The notes below the pieces were generated by a model, which saw only the letters and a program-made list of their open reading frames with translations, searched no databases and was not told the origin of the DNA. Source: Naegleria gruberi (lineage: Eukaryota). Taken from it: 64,000 nucleotides of DNA. This document shows positions 21,963-32,901 of the stretch, one piece after another; position 1 is the stretch's first letter; every line of letters starts with the position of its first letter. The position numbers and the translations under genes are program-made. Location: NCBI GenBank assembly GCA_000004985.1, contig GG738855.1. One strand, given 5' to 3'.

Positions 21963-23773
21963 TTACAATCTCTTAGATTGATTGGCAAATAACCATGGTT
22001 GTAAGAATACACTCACTAACCCAGCTAAACTAATACCAATGGCATCAGAAACTGAAACAACACTCATGGAAAATTCTCTTTCCCTCACTGGTACTTCTGT
22101 AGAGATGCAATAATAGGTATTGACATAGGTGGCTCCTCCTAAAAATCCTTCAAACAAAATGAAACAGAATGTGAAGAAAATTACTGGAACAAATCTAAAG
22201 TAAGCATCCAAGAATAAAAAGATGAATAGACAACATTGTAAAACTGCTGGGACCCACAAACGTTTGATTGGGAAAATATCTGCATGATGAATGCGGTGTT
22301 ATCACAACAATGATGATAAATATACTTACTGACAGATGATCTAGAAATGAATACACCGGCTGTGTTTGATTCGATTTTTGTGATAATAGTTGATCATTCC
22401 AAATATGAAATTCAATAAAAGAAATTACTTACTCTGATATAAGAATTGATAATAAACGTAATCATCCTTCTTTGGAATTAATTCTTTTCTGAATGTTAAA
22501 TTTGGAGAAACACCTTGATTGATTGCATATTCTGCAAAGTAAACAGTGGTCAATGGAAGCATATATTTCAAAGCAAGAGGCTGTATGTTAATAATAATAT
22601 TAAATGAAATTGAAATAAGCAAATCAAACTTTGAAATACTTACCAAAACAAGTTTGATTTTTTCCTTCATTGTTAATGGATTTGTTGGAGTGGAAGATTC
22701 CTTAACCATACCTCTTCCTCTCGAGCAGAAACCAGCAGCATAGTGAGATCCACTCATAATTAAAAATGTGGCCAATAGCATGAGTAATGGCAATGGTGTA
22801 ATAATGGACAGGGAAATACTTGGACTCAGATTTAACCAACCCTTAAGAGCCAAGTATGAAAGAGCACCAAAAATACCAGCACCTCCAGTTCCTATAAATG
22901 AATTACATAATGAAACCAATTTCCATATTAATAATATTTGAATTAGAAATTATATAAAATTATATAAATTATTAGAATATAAAATAATGAACTTTTTGCA
23001 AAAATCTTACCTGAAGACCAAGCAGAAATGGTATTCTTATGATAATATGAAGACATGGCCAAGAAGGTAATTTCACCACCACCAGAAGAAAGAGATGCCA
23101 ACACTACACCCACCAACTTTAAATAAATATTATCAAACCAAGCAACCATTTGGAAACTGGCCAAAGCCAACAAGACAGCCAAACCAACACGAATATTATA
23201 TGGAATGGCATGCATAAAGAACGGAGCAAGAGCTTTCAAAAACAGTGTTGGTAAAATATCGGCCAACAAGACAATACCAGATTGTCCATGAATTAAATCC
23301 TCTACAATAAAATCAATAGATTATTATTCGAAAGTGAAATGATATTTTCCATCATTAACATCAAAATTCATCCGATTATTAATAATGTTTCCAATATTGT
23401 TAATATTATTATTTAACACGTACCAGCTGCTGATAACATAATCACATAACTGTAATTATTTAATAATCCACAAATGAAGAAGGCAATAAGATCTCTCGTC
23501 TTGGCACCTTCCTTCTTTTTCTTTCCTCCTTCATCGGCAGCATCCACTAATTTATCACCATCTTGACTATTCACTGTACTGATTTTTTCAATGAAAATTT
23601 GTTGTTGCTGTTGTTGTTCCTCGGCATCATCATTTAAAAGCCTCAATTTTGAATGATTGAAATGTTGTTGTTGCTCCTCATCATGATGTTGATCCAATAA
23701 TTGTTTATCCCCATAGATTGCCCCATACGAATTATTGTTGAATTTAATTGGATTTTCCTCCATTTTCCTCTTT
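21963..23773 (-). CDS. CLN3: CLN3/battenin homologue, a multi-pass membrane protein. About 6 exons, approximately join(23424..23773, 23011..23301, 22644..22891, 22433..22580, 22330..22359, 21963..22279).
   Basis: Spliced segments are collinear with human CLN3: ..LIAFFICGLLNNYSYVIMLSAAG matches [38 protein letters not shown] matches [55 protein letters not shown] matches the [21 protein letters not shown] region; VYFAEYAINQG matches; LYQTGVFISRSSV matches LYQAGVFASRSSL, and this segment is encoded by a 30-nt mini-exon; FEGFLGGATYVNTY matches YEGLLGGAAYVNTF. Introns are about 50-125 nt with GTAAGT or GTACGT donors. Confidence 0.85.
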
Positions 23774-23990
23774 CCGATGATGAGATTGGGGGAGAGTTTG
23801 ATTGAACGTTTTTTTAAAGATTTCAATTAAAATTGTTTAACAGATATTTGGGTGGACCTCAGAACTGGAAAGCATCACAGGTTCAAAGAGGAGATTGGTA
23901 ATTTAACATGGTGTTATCATACTTTCTATTACAAAAATTCAGTTTCAACTTTAAGCCTTACATTTTATTGGAATTAGACCAAGTAACTAG

Positions 23991-24818
23991 TTAGAGTGAT
24001 TCTTCTTCATTATTAAAAGCAGCGTCCATTGATGACAATCCAAGCATTGACATGGCTCTGGAAACGTCATCACCTCTTTCCTTGAATAAACATTCAAATC
24101 CAGACTCGGCAACTGTAACCAAGACGATAGTATTTGATTTGATATCTTCAGGAATATCATTTTCAAATACATCCTTAATCAATTCAGCAGTAGCAGAATT
24201 ACTAGTCCAAACATGGAGAATTTGCTTCTTCATATTACAATTCAAAACTCCCTTTGTTGAACTAATGACTCCCTCAAGTTTCTTCTTTAAAAGGTGCTTG
24301 ATTGAGCTTCTAGAAACTGTTGAACTAAGGTCCAAGAAATTGAAACATCTTGTAACAGAACATCCAATGAAAACACTTTCCTTTGTGAGGTTATTTTCAA
24401 TTTTAAGAGCAAAATCAGTAATTTTGCTTCCCTCAGCATAGGTCAATTCCATTTCTGTTTTAAAGAGTGAAACTGTAACATTGGATTTGCTAAAAAGTTG
24501 TTTGATAAATTCAAAAGATAAAACTTCAGAAAATACAGAATTTCCTCCGGCATTACTGACACAGAGTAATCTCTTTGAATCTAATGAGAGTTCACAACCC
24601 TTGAATAAATCACAGAACTGAGCAGCATTATCACTACTCGAAGAATTGACGACACCATTCGATTTCCATTCAGTAAGTAAACATAAATGTCCAGAACTTT
24701 CAGAAAATACATTTTCAACAAGTGAATCACTCAAAGTTGTGTCAGAACTTTTGAGTGAGCAATTGATAGATTCACTGTCAAAGGTGCTGCCTGACGAACT
24801 AGACAGTTCTGAAGCCAC
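23991..24818 (-). CDS. Hypothetical Ser-rich protein. The N-terminus is uncertain.
   Basis: The 275-aa ORF begins at a GTG; the first in-frame ATG is far inside. An upstream ATG near 24942 is in another frame, so a short 5' intron or upstream exon is likely. I recognise no family. Confidence 0.35.
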   Translation of the reverse strand: MASELSSSSGSTFDSESINCSLKSSDTTLSDSLVENVFSESSGHLCLLTEWKSNGVVNSSSSDNAAQFCDLFKGCELSLDSKRLLCVSNAGGNSVFSEVLSFEFIKQLFSKSNVTVSLFKTEMELTYAEGSKITDFALKIENNLTKESVFIGCSVTRCFNFLDLSSTVSRSSIKHLLKKKLEGVISSTKGVLNCNMKKQILHVWTSNSATAELIKDVFENDIPEDIKSNTIVLVTVAESGFECLFKERGDDVSRAMSMLGLSSMDAAFNNEEESL

Positions 24819-25252
24819 GACAGCACAAGTAGTTCGGGCAAGTAGAGAAACAGATTCCCTCGTTCGGGCATTGGTTCGGGCTAGCTTGAAGACTCAATAA
24901 GCACGAGTCACTAGAGGTGGTTGATGGAGTGGTAGTAGAGGTCATTTGGTTGGGGTTTTAGATCAGTGGTTTTAAGAGCAATCTCTTTTGCGATAGAATA
25001 AATTTTTTTCTTGTTGTTTTTGAAAATGTGTGTCCACACTACCAGATAAAATAGATCTATTTTTAAAAAGTATGTTGTTTATTTTTAGAGTAAGTTCGTA
25101 TGTACATGCATACGGAAGAATTTCCGAGAAAATATCGAGAGAGTTTACAAAAAACAAGTTGCAATTTTTAATCTCAAACGAGAAATTTCTAGTTTCAAAC
25201 AACTTGATTAAACCTCCAATTCCTTAATATATTACATGATTGGATCATTGAC

Positions 25253-25370
25253 GGCTACGGCCATATCACGATGAATGCACCTCATCCCGTCCGATTTGAG
25301 AAGTTAAGCATCGTAGAGCCACATCAGTACTGAGGTTGGAGACAACTTGGGAACCTGTGGTGCTGTAGTC
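25253..25370 (+). rRNA. 5S ribosomal RNA gene, copy 1, followed by a T6 Pol III terminator at 25371-25376.
   Basis: GGCTACGGCCATATCACGATGAATGCACCTCATCCCGTCCGATTTGAGAAGTTAAGCATCGTAGAGCCACATCAGTACTGAGGTTGGAGACAACTTGGGAACCTGTGGTGCTGTAGTC is 118 nt. It has the conserved 5S features: 5' GGCCAT, CCCGTCCGAT, AGTTAAGC and AGTACT-GGTTGGAGACAAC-GGGAA. It resembles dictyostelid 5S, and a T-run follows immediately. Confidence 0.9.
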
Positions 25371-25376
25371 TTTTTT
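25371..25376 (+). terminator. RNA polymerase III terminator (T6) immediately 3' of 5S copy 1.
   Basis: TTTTTT directly follows the 5S 3' end GCTGTAGTC. Confidence 0.7.
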
Positions 25377-25580
25377 GCATTCTAAATTCCAGTGTGGCAC
25401 CAATATGCTTGAAACTTTAAATGATTTATTTGACTATTGAAAAGTAGTAACATTCATGTTCTGAAAAAGAAGTTTGTATTAGTGCCTTTACAATAAGCAT
25501 ATTTAAATAAATAATACTCTTATTATGTAATTCAGAGTTTCTTCTTCTAAACTTAGAACATTGCAGAACTTTGTAAAAAA

Positions 25581-26543
25581 ATGCAAGACGATTGTTCAGA
25601 GTGTTGTGTGATCATTTCTCTAATTGATCACAATCCTTCCCTACAGCAGCACGATACCCTGTTCGACAAATTAAAAATTCATATGAGAAGTTATCGGAAT
25701 AGTGTACCATTTTCAATGAAGTTTGAAGAGATTAATAATATCATGTCGATGGAACATAAATTTCACTATCCTTCCCATGCCAAGGTTTCTCACTCACACA
25801 ATTGTTTGTGTATCTCTGATGATTCAAATTCTGAAGTGAAATTTTTTGATTTGACTACTCATGAATATTTAGGAGCCTTTTTTGTTGAAGGAGGAGTGAC
25901 TGGCTTGTTAATTGAAGAGAATTTTGATCATCAACAAAATGATGCTATTTATTTTGGAGAGCATATGTATACTTTTAAATATAGAGTGAAGGATTTAATG
26001 AGATTAGGATCAAGTGCTGATTGTATTTGGAAAATTGAAAGAAATCATTTGTATGGAATGGCAATTAGAACGATTGGAAATCAGAAACAATTATTCAGAT
26101 TTAGTGCTTCCCAAGGAGCTATGGATATAATAGATACTGTGAATGGAAAGGTCATTAAGGAGTTGAAGCTTGAAAAAATCAAAACAGTGACGGATATTGT
26201 TTTCATCAATCCAAAAAGAATGCTTGTTGCTGAACTTTTTCATAATACATGCTTTATTTATGATGAAATGAACGAAAATGAATGGATATTGATACATACA
26301 ATTGAAGACGCAGAGAATATTCATTTTAGTCAACCATTAGGATTGACGATTGACAGAAAAGGAGGGAAAATATTTCTTTCAGATTATGACAATCAGAGAA
26401 TTGTTGTATTTAATGAGAGTTTAGATTTGCTTTCTTGTCATTATCCAGAATCTCTGAATCCATATGGTCTTGATTTTGATGAAAGAACAGGATTACTCTA
26501 CATTACTGATCAACAAGCTTACTCCATTAGAATATTTAAATAG
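25581..26543 (+). CDS. Small NHL-repeat-containing protein, 320 aa.
   Basis: ATG start; Cys/His-rich N-terminus. The C-terminal half has NHL/beta-propeller-like blades (QPLGLTIDRKGGKIFLSDYDNQRIVVFNESLDLL, PYGLDFDERTGLLYITDQQAYSIRIFK). Confidence 0.55.
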   Translation: MQDDCSECCVIISLIDHNPSLQQHDTLFDKLKIHMRSYRNSVPFSMKFEEINNIMSMEHKFHYPSHAKVSHSHNCLCISDDSNSEVKFFDLTTHEYLGAFFVEGGVTGLLIEENFDHQQNDAIYFGEHMYTFKYRVKDLMRLGSSADCIWKIERNHLYGMAIRTIGNQKQLFRFSASQGAMDIIDTVNGKVIKELKLEKIKTVTDIVFINPKRMLVAELFHNTCFIYDEMNENEWILIHTIEDAENIHFSQPLGLTIDRKGGKIFLSDYDNQRIVVFNESLDLLSCHYPESLNPYGLDFDERTGLLYITDQQAYSIRIFK

Positions 26544-26981
26544 ATATGCCAATTATTGTACCAGTTTCTTTATGGTACTTGTTCAATATGCAAACATTCT
26601 TCGCTCCACAACAAACAGAATAAATAGTAATTTGCTTACTTTGGTTTGGTTTCAGTCAGCCACCTAACTCTTTAAATTAATTGAAAATCATTGCTGATGT
26701 AGAAAGATTTCTCTCAAATATAATCAAAGGAATTACTTGATAGTCTGAATGAATATGAACATGGAACCCATCTGTTTCCTATAATACAAACTCATTATAA
26801 TATTGGATCTTTGGACTGATGGCATTCCATTTTGTTGCAACAATCCATTGTCAAATTCTGAAATTTGAAATTTGTGAAATCTGATCAGAATTTGGTTTAA
26901 AGTAGCCATTAATCTTGTCAACTAGTATACAGTTAGTGTCACGAAAAAAACGATAAATAAACCTAAATTTATAGTTTGAAT

Positions 26982-27099
26982 GGCTACGGCCATATCACGA
27001 TGAATGCACCTCATCCCGTCCGATTTGAGAAGTTAAGCATCGTCGAGCCACATCAGTACTGAGGTTGGAGACAACTTGGGAACCTGTGGTGCTGTAGTC
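26982..27099 (+). rRNA. 5S ribosomal RNA gene, copy 2, followed by a T-rich terminator TTTTAT.
   Basis: Identical to copy 1 except for one substitution (CATCGTAGAGCC becomes CATCGTCGAGCC). Same orientation, 1,729 bp downstream of copy 1. Confidence 0.9.
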
Positions 27100-27363
27100 T
27101 TTTATATTTTTGTCTTTTTGTGGTTTTTAGCTCATAGAACTGGTAATACCATCAAAAGAAAAGCTAACCAAGTCTGTCTTTGTCAATGATTGAAAGCGAG
27201 TGAATCTAAACTCTGTGGATTGGGTGTTGAATAACAGCAGTCTTTTATTCTTGCTTTATCTTTCTTTTATTGGAAATGACAATGTTTTCCTTTCAATGAG
27301 TTCTGTTTTTGAAAAATAGCATAAGGCTTACCAATATTTCTAATTATTAAGATAAACAGTTTA

Positions 27364-27819
27364 TTAATCAAATTGTAACTTTTCAATTTCCTTGTTGAAA
27401 TTGTCATTTTCTGTTTCTTTAACGACAACATTAGTACTTTCTAATTTTGAACTCTTTAGCATTCTGCTTCTCAAAATTTCCATTTGATTTCTTAATTGTA
27501 ATTCTTCTCTTTTATTTCTGAGTATTTCAATTTTCACCATTTTAGCTTTGATCAAGCTTTTGAAATGTTTCGAATATTTTTCATGTGGACTGGAACTTTG
27601 ATCAGTAGGCAAGGTTTTAATTTGATTAATTAAATCAGGATCAATTTTTCTTGCATAATTCACAGCTAATTCTTTCCAATAGTATTCACTTTCGTCCAAT
27701 TGTTGACTAGTGGCCTTGTTCAAGGAATGAAGCTTTGTGAGGTGTTTTACGGACAGAAAAGTGAATATCTCCAACTGCAATGGTTGTGGTAAATTATTCC
27801 AGTGAGAATCTGTGGCCAT
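27364..27819 (-). CDS. Small F-box-like protein, about 151 aa, with a coiled-coil tail.
   Basis: The track ORF starts at TTG; the first ATG gives MATDSHWNNLPQPLQLEIFTFLSVKHLTKLHSLNKA, which is an F-box-like L-P-x-E-I-F-x-x-L motif, followed by a K/E-rich heptad region. Confidence 0.5.
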   Translation of the reverse strand: MATDSHWNNLPQPLQLEIFTFLSVKHLTKLHSLNKATSQQLDESEYYWKELAVNYARKIDPDLINQIKTLPTDQSSSPHEKYSKHFKSLIKAKMVKIEILRNKREELQLRNQMEILRSRMLKSSKLESTNVVVKETENDNFNKEIEKLQFD

Positions 27820-27883
27820 TTTTTTGATCAAAACATTTGACCATTCAAAATTGGTAAATTTCGAAAGTGAAAAATGTGTTGAC

Positions 27884-28984
27884 CTAGATTTTATTGAGTT
27901 CAATAATGGCCTCTTCAAGATGAAAGACAGAAGTAAAGTGGGTTCTTCCCTTCAGAACAACCATTTTGACTTTTGAATCCTGATCCAAACCAGCATTAAT
28001 TGCTGCCTGGGAGATTTTCTTAAAGTAATGCTTGGGATTGTTGGGAGCAATCATTGAATCCAATTCTGCCATTGTGATGGTAACTCTTCCAGAAACTTTT
28101 GCAATTTCATCAAGTTCGATACCCCAACTAGCCTTCAATAGAGTTGCAGATGATCTCTTCATCCCAATTCTTGTCCACTGAATGGATCTTTTCAATTCTT
28201 CAATCAATTGTGTACCTTCAGGAGCATCCTTAACTTCTGCAAACTCCTTAGGATACATACTCTCAAAGGTTTTGGTAGGGTCTTCTAGGAGTGATGGTAA
28301 TAAAATTAAATCAACCAACAAGTCATTAGTGAGTGGGCTCATTAACATTTCAAAAGCAATTCTATTTAGCATTGTTAAATTTCCAAATGGCTCATTCTCA
28401 TCATCCCTCTTTCCAAATGGTACAAACAAGTTGACATTATGGACATGCTTATTGAGATAGGCTGCAACACCACCTGCATAAGGCCCTCCCATGGATACCC
28501 CAATGACATTAAACTTTTCAATTTTCAATTCATCAATCATGAGCTGTTTCATTAATGTTGCAAACTCGGAAACTGTCACTGCATCTGATGATAAACTCAA
28601 TCCCCAGCCTTGAATCGTTGGAGCAATCAAACAAATTCCATTCCTCATTGCCATTTCATGATGTGGTTTAAAAAGTGATCCAGTACATCCATTTCCGTGC
28701 ACCATCAATGTAAATGATTTTGTTGTGCAATTCTGTTCTGCAGAACAACATCCATACATGAAATATTCCATAATTTTAACTTGTTTTTCCTTGATTAGTG
28801 TGTGATCGGAAACTCTCATTGATTTTCCACCACCTTCGACAATCCACTTTTCCACAATTTCAAGTGGTGTATTTAATAAATTTCTCTCCTTCTCCTGTTC
28901 AATGTTGTATTGTTTGATAATCATCCCAACTAGGAGAGACATCAACACAACAAGTAAAGTCATCACGACAAGCCAAATACGCAT
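27884..28984 (-). CDS. Alpha/beta-hydrolase-fold protein (lipase/esterase-like) with an N-terminal signal anchor.
   Basis: ATG start. There is a hydrophobic N-terminus MRIWLVVMTLLVVLMSLLVGMII, an HGNG oxyanion-type motif, and the nucleophile elbow GVSMGG (GxSxG). Confidence 0.65.
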   Translation of the reverse strand: MRIWLVVMTLLVVLMSLLVGMIIKQYNIEQEKERNLLNTPLEIVEKWIVEGGGKSMRVSDHTLIKEKQVKIMEYFMYGCCSAEQNCTTKSFTLMVHGNGCTGSLFKPHHEMAMRNGICLIAPTIQGWGLSLSSDAVTVSEFATLMKQLMIDELKIEKFNVIGVSMGGPYAGGVAAYLNKHVHNVNLFVPFGKRDDENEPFGNLTMLNRIAFEMLMSPLTNDLLVDLILLPSLLEDPTKTFESMYPKEFAEVKDAPEGTQLIEELKRSIQWTRIGMKRSSATLLKASWGIELDEIAKVSGRVTITMAELDSMIAPNNPKHYFKKISQAAINAGLDQDSKVKMVVLKGRTHFTSVFHLEEAIIELNKI

Positions 28985-29006
28985 TTTTTTTATTTTGTTT
29001 GCTTTA

Positions 29007-30232
29007 TTAGCAATCCTTTTTGGAATAGTTACGTAAATAGTTATTTACAGATGGTTGACTAAGGAAAGATTGTAATAATGAGTTGAATTTCATAACATTT
29101 CCATTATTCTTAATGTAATATTCGTGGAAATTGATAAAAACATAATTATAGAGCTCTTGGAGGATTGACTCGGTCATTTGCTGGTGATGAGCAGAATCCA
29201 TTTCAAAATTGAGAGTGTAGAAAATATCAGTTATTTGATGGCCTCTAATCATATCCACAATAAGACCAGAAATATTGATACCAGAGATTGCAAAAGGATA
29301 CCAAATAGATTCCTCCTCACAATCCATTAAAATATTTTGAGCATCTTTGGTATTGCTTTTTGCGAACTCTAATAAGTTTTGTAATCCCAAAATTCCCATT
29401 CCTCTAAAGTCAGTTCTGTAAAATTTAAGGAAAATAAGTTATTGAGAAATAAAATAAACATACTGAGGATGAAGTCCTTGGAATCCAACATGTTTCCAAT
29501 CCTTGGAGGTCAATTCCTCACGATCTTCCATAAAAGTCAATTCTTGATTTGGTCTAAGTGTCTTCCAAAATTCAAGAAGCATTTCCTTATGTTTTTCATT
29601 TGAGAGCTCGAATGGTGTTCTTGCCAAAGAATCCAAATGAACAATGCTCTGATTCAAATTAATCATGTGTCTCAGACAAGTTTTGCAAATTTTCTTTGAG
29701 TGTTCATCCACAAATGATTTCTTTTTAATTTTAATGAGTTTCCCAAAAACTTCATCAACATCCGTATACTTTGTACTCAAATAATTGAATGTTGTATTAT
29801 TTTCCTTGTTTGTATTTTCCTCCAATAGTGTGGCTAATTGTTTAGAATTTGTAAAACTTTGTTCTATTAATTTTCCATAATAATAATAATTTAAATATTA
29901 TTAAATTTCAATAAATTAAAATCATTACACAATTTCAATAAAAAAACTCACCAAATTGCTTTGTAACTGGGATATAATGATCAGCAGCAATACTTCCACT
30001 CACTCTAGCACTACAAATTCTCTCCAACTCACACTTTCCAGTAATAATCCTCATCACAAACTTGACAATACTATGATATTTTGAAGGAAAGAACCTAATT
30101 CATGAATCGGACTAGATTCCTCACAAATACTACATACCTCCACAAGAAAGAGACAACCATACTCCAAATAGAACTGGATGACGATGATGTCAATGATAAA
30201 GACGAGCGAGCTAGCACAGCAGATGATTTCAT
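29007..30232 (-). CDS. ELMO-domain protein (ELMOD-like putative Arf/Arl GAP). 4 exons, approximately join(30138..30232, 29952..30093, 29464..29863, 29007..29415).
   Basis: The splice junction yields WKHVGFQGLHPQ|TDFRGMGILGLQNLLEFAK, which is the ELMO-domain signature W..GFQG.dP.TDFRG.G.LgL.nL. Exon 1 reads MKSSAVLARSSLSLTSSSSSSIWSMVVSFLWR. Introns are 44-90 nt with GTATGT or GTGAGT donors, and all reading frames verified by hand. Confidence 0.75.
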
Positions 30233-30418
30233 TTTTTTCTTATCTTTATTTGTAATGGTTGTATTTGGGTGATGAAATTTTCATACAAAAAACTCTCTAC
30301 TCCATTGCTTGAATTTATTTGTTTTTGAATTATTGATGAAAATATGAGGATTTTGATCGGATGGCTTTGATTGGATGAATTGATTGATTAGGGCACAAAT
30401 CAAGAATAGAAGAAAAAA

Positions 30419-31237
30419 ATGATTAGACAAGCAGCATCATCATTGCTTTCAAAGAGTGTTGTTGTTACGAGTAAAAATTCTGTTCTCATCAGCAGATCAT
30501 CATCAAATCAAGTATTATTATTATTAACAAAGAGAAGCTTCGGAACTCAATGTTCAACTAATTTGTTGGCTTCTAATGGTCGTAAGATTGATGTTTTCCC
30601 AGCCATTTCTAGTACACCATTTCCAGAGCATGTTGCCTCTATTTTGAGAGCACCTTTGCAAGATGTGGATATTGAAGTTTTACCTGAAGGGAGTTTGTTT
30701 TTACCAGAAATTAAGGTGGGTTTATTTTCATGATTATCATGATTAATTCGAATAGTATAGAAGAATTCTCAATAAGGCCTTTTTGCCTGGAGGATGGTGT
30801 TTAGTTCCACTCAATGATTATCAAATTTTGGATAGTGGTATAATAATTCAAGAGTATGCCTTGTTCTGTAGAGGTCAATTTGTTTCTCAAACATTTGGTG
30901 AACAAACTTATGAGGCAGGATCATTTAAGAGTATTGGAAGTGCTTTGGAAGGTTGTAAATCAAATGCTCTCATGAGATGTTGTAAAGATTTGGGAATTGG
31001 TAAGTTTTTTCTTTAGAGAATATAGTGTGGAAATATATTGAACTGATTGAATAATAATTCGAATTTTCAGCCTCTGAATTGTGGGATCCAAACTTTATCA
31101 ATGAATGGAAGAAGGAAAATGTTCTTGCTGTATTGTGTGAAAATGCCAAAACGAAAGCCAATAAGGTTCTCTATCGTCGTAAAGATAGACCAACATTCCA
31201 ATATCCTTGGACTGAAAAGAGTATTATTAAAAAGTAA
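30419..31237 (+). CDS. MGM101: Mitochondrial genome maintenance protein MGM101 (Rad52-like ssDNA-annealing protein). 3 exons, approximately join(30419..30715, 30756..30999, 31071..31237).
   Basis: N-terminal presequence-like [21 protein letters not shown].. The core is FLPEIK|[82 protein letters not shown]|[30 protein letters not shown]. This is near-collinear with yeast Mgm101 ([24 protein letters not shown]...[24 protein letters not shown]). Introns are 40 and 71 nt. Confidence 0.85.
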
Positions 31238-31506
31238 ATAATCTACCCATTAAATGATCTATTTAATTTGAAATTCCAATCGCTATTGTTGCAACAACAA
31301 TTCATTGCAAATCCTACTCTTTGATGATATGGTGTTAACTAATTGGTGTTGGAAACCCAAAGTTCAATCCTCAATGATCTTCCTTAAGAACCGTTTTTGA
31401 AATATTGGGCGTTCCTAAGAATTCACCACAATTTACTGTAGCGTTCTTTTTAAAAATCCTCTTGCTTGGATGCCCAGACAAGCTTGATTGTTCGAAGAAG
31501 AAAAAA

Positions 31507-32834
31507 ATGGCCAATTCAAAGGGTCGCCCTATTGTCTCACTAACTACTTCAAATACATTCACACACAAAACATGGAGGTACATTGCTACCATTGTGTTAG
31601 TGTTGTTAGCATTCTTGAGTATTAGCTCTTCTCTCGCAGTGGAAGGAAAAAAAGTACTGGAATTAATTGGACACAGAGGAGCTCCAAATTTAAGACCTGA
31701 GCATAGTTATGAATCCTATTTATTAGCCTATCAACAAGGTGCTGATTATATTGAATTTGATGTCATGCCATCCAAAGATGGTGTTTTAATGGTTTCACAT
31801 AGTAATGAGCTTTCGGGTAAGTTCAATAATTACAATAGAATTACTTGCCAATTTAAAAAGAAATAACCAACGTTGCTCATGTTTCAAAGTTTGCCAGTAA
31901 AAAGACAACCAAAGTAGTTGACTTTAAAACCTATAAGGGATGGTTTATGGAAGATTTCACACTCTCAGAATTATACGAATTACGTTTGAGACAAAGATAT
32001 CCCAAACCAAGAGGAACCAAATTTGACAATCTCTTTCAAATGCTGACATTGGAAGAGGCAATGGACTACATTCTTGCCCTCACTCCTGTCAATGGAACCA
32101 CTATCAAACTCTACATTGAAACAAAACATCCAACATACTTTAAACAGGTGTTAAATGTTGATGTGAATCAAATGTTGGTCGATGTTTTGACCAAGTACAA
32201 CTATTTGGAGCATACCATGTTTGAATCGTTTGAGATTTCGAGTATGGCTGCAATGAAAAACATACTTTCACAGAGAAATATTGCACCACTCGGTTTTGTT
32301 CTCTTGCTATTTTCTAATGAAACAAGACAAGCCGATAATGGAAGATATTATGGAGAGTATTTGACAGAGAGTGGAATTGATTTGGCAAAGAGTATGGGAA
32401 TAACTGGATTTGGGCCGGCATGGAGTCTGGTTACGAAACCTTGGGTTGATCTGGTCCATCAACGATCCATGATTATTCATCCATATACTTACAGACCTGA
32501 AGAATACTTTTTGAAGGATACACCATACATGACCTTTTCAGAATTTATTGGAAGTGCTTTGGAGCTTGGAGTTGATGGAGTTTTCACAGAAGATATTACT
32601 CAGACAAGGGAAATTGTAGAGGCATATGAATCTGATAACTCACTCCAAACAATTTTAATCATTGGTGGAGTAATGGCATTGGTTTTGATTATAGTTTTTA
32701 CTGCCTCATTGTTTGTTGCTTATTTTTGTGGAATGAGAAAGAGTAAGAATTCATCCTCTATTAATATTTATCAACAAGAGGAACAAGTTGGCCTCACAGG
32801 GAAACCATCTACTTTCGTTTATCAACAAGAATAA
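31507..32834 (+). CDS. Glycerophosphodiester phosphodiesterase (GDPD family) with a C-terminal TM anchor. 2 exons, approximately join(31507..31816, 31861..32834). The start ATG is uncertain: 31405 (GTG) in the track, with MANSKG at about 31507.
   Basis: GDPD catalytic motif GHRGAPNLRPEHSYESYLLAYQQGADYIEFDVMPSKDGVLMVSHSNELS. A 44-nt intron (GTAAGT...AAAAAG) gives ..SNELSEITNVAHVSKFASKKTTKVVDFKTYKGWFMEDFTLSELYEL, collinear with E. coli GlpQ (LDRVTDVADRF...RYYAIDFTLDEIKSL). Downstream motifs are IHPYTYRPE and GVDGVFTEDI. A C-terminal hydrophobic helix is IIGGVMALVLIIVFTASLFVAYF. Confidence 0.8.
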
Positions 32835-32901
32835 TTAGTTCCTCAATTCATATTTAGAGCTAGCTATATTACAAAGTTGTTTGAAATTTTATTACAATAA
32901 A

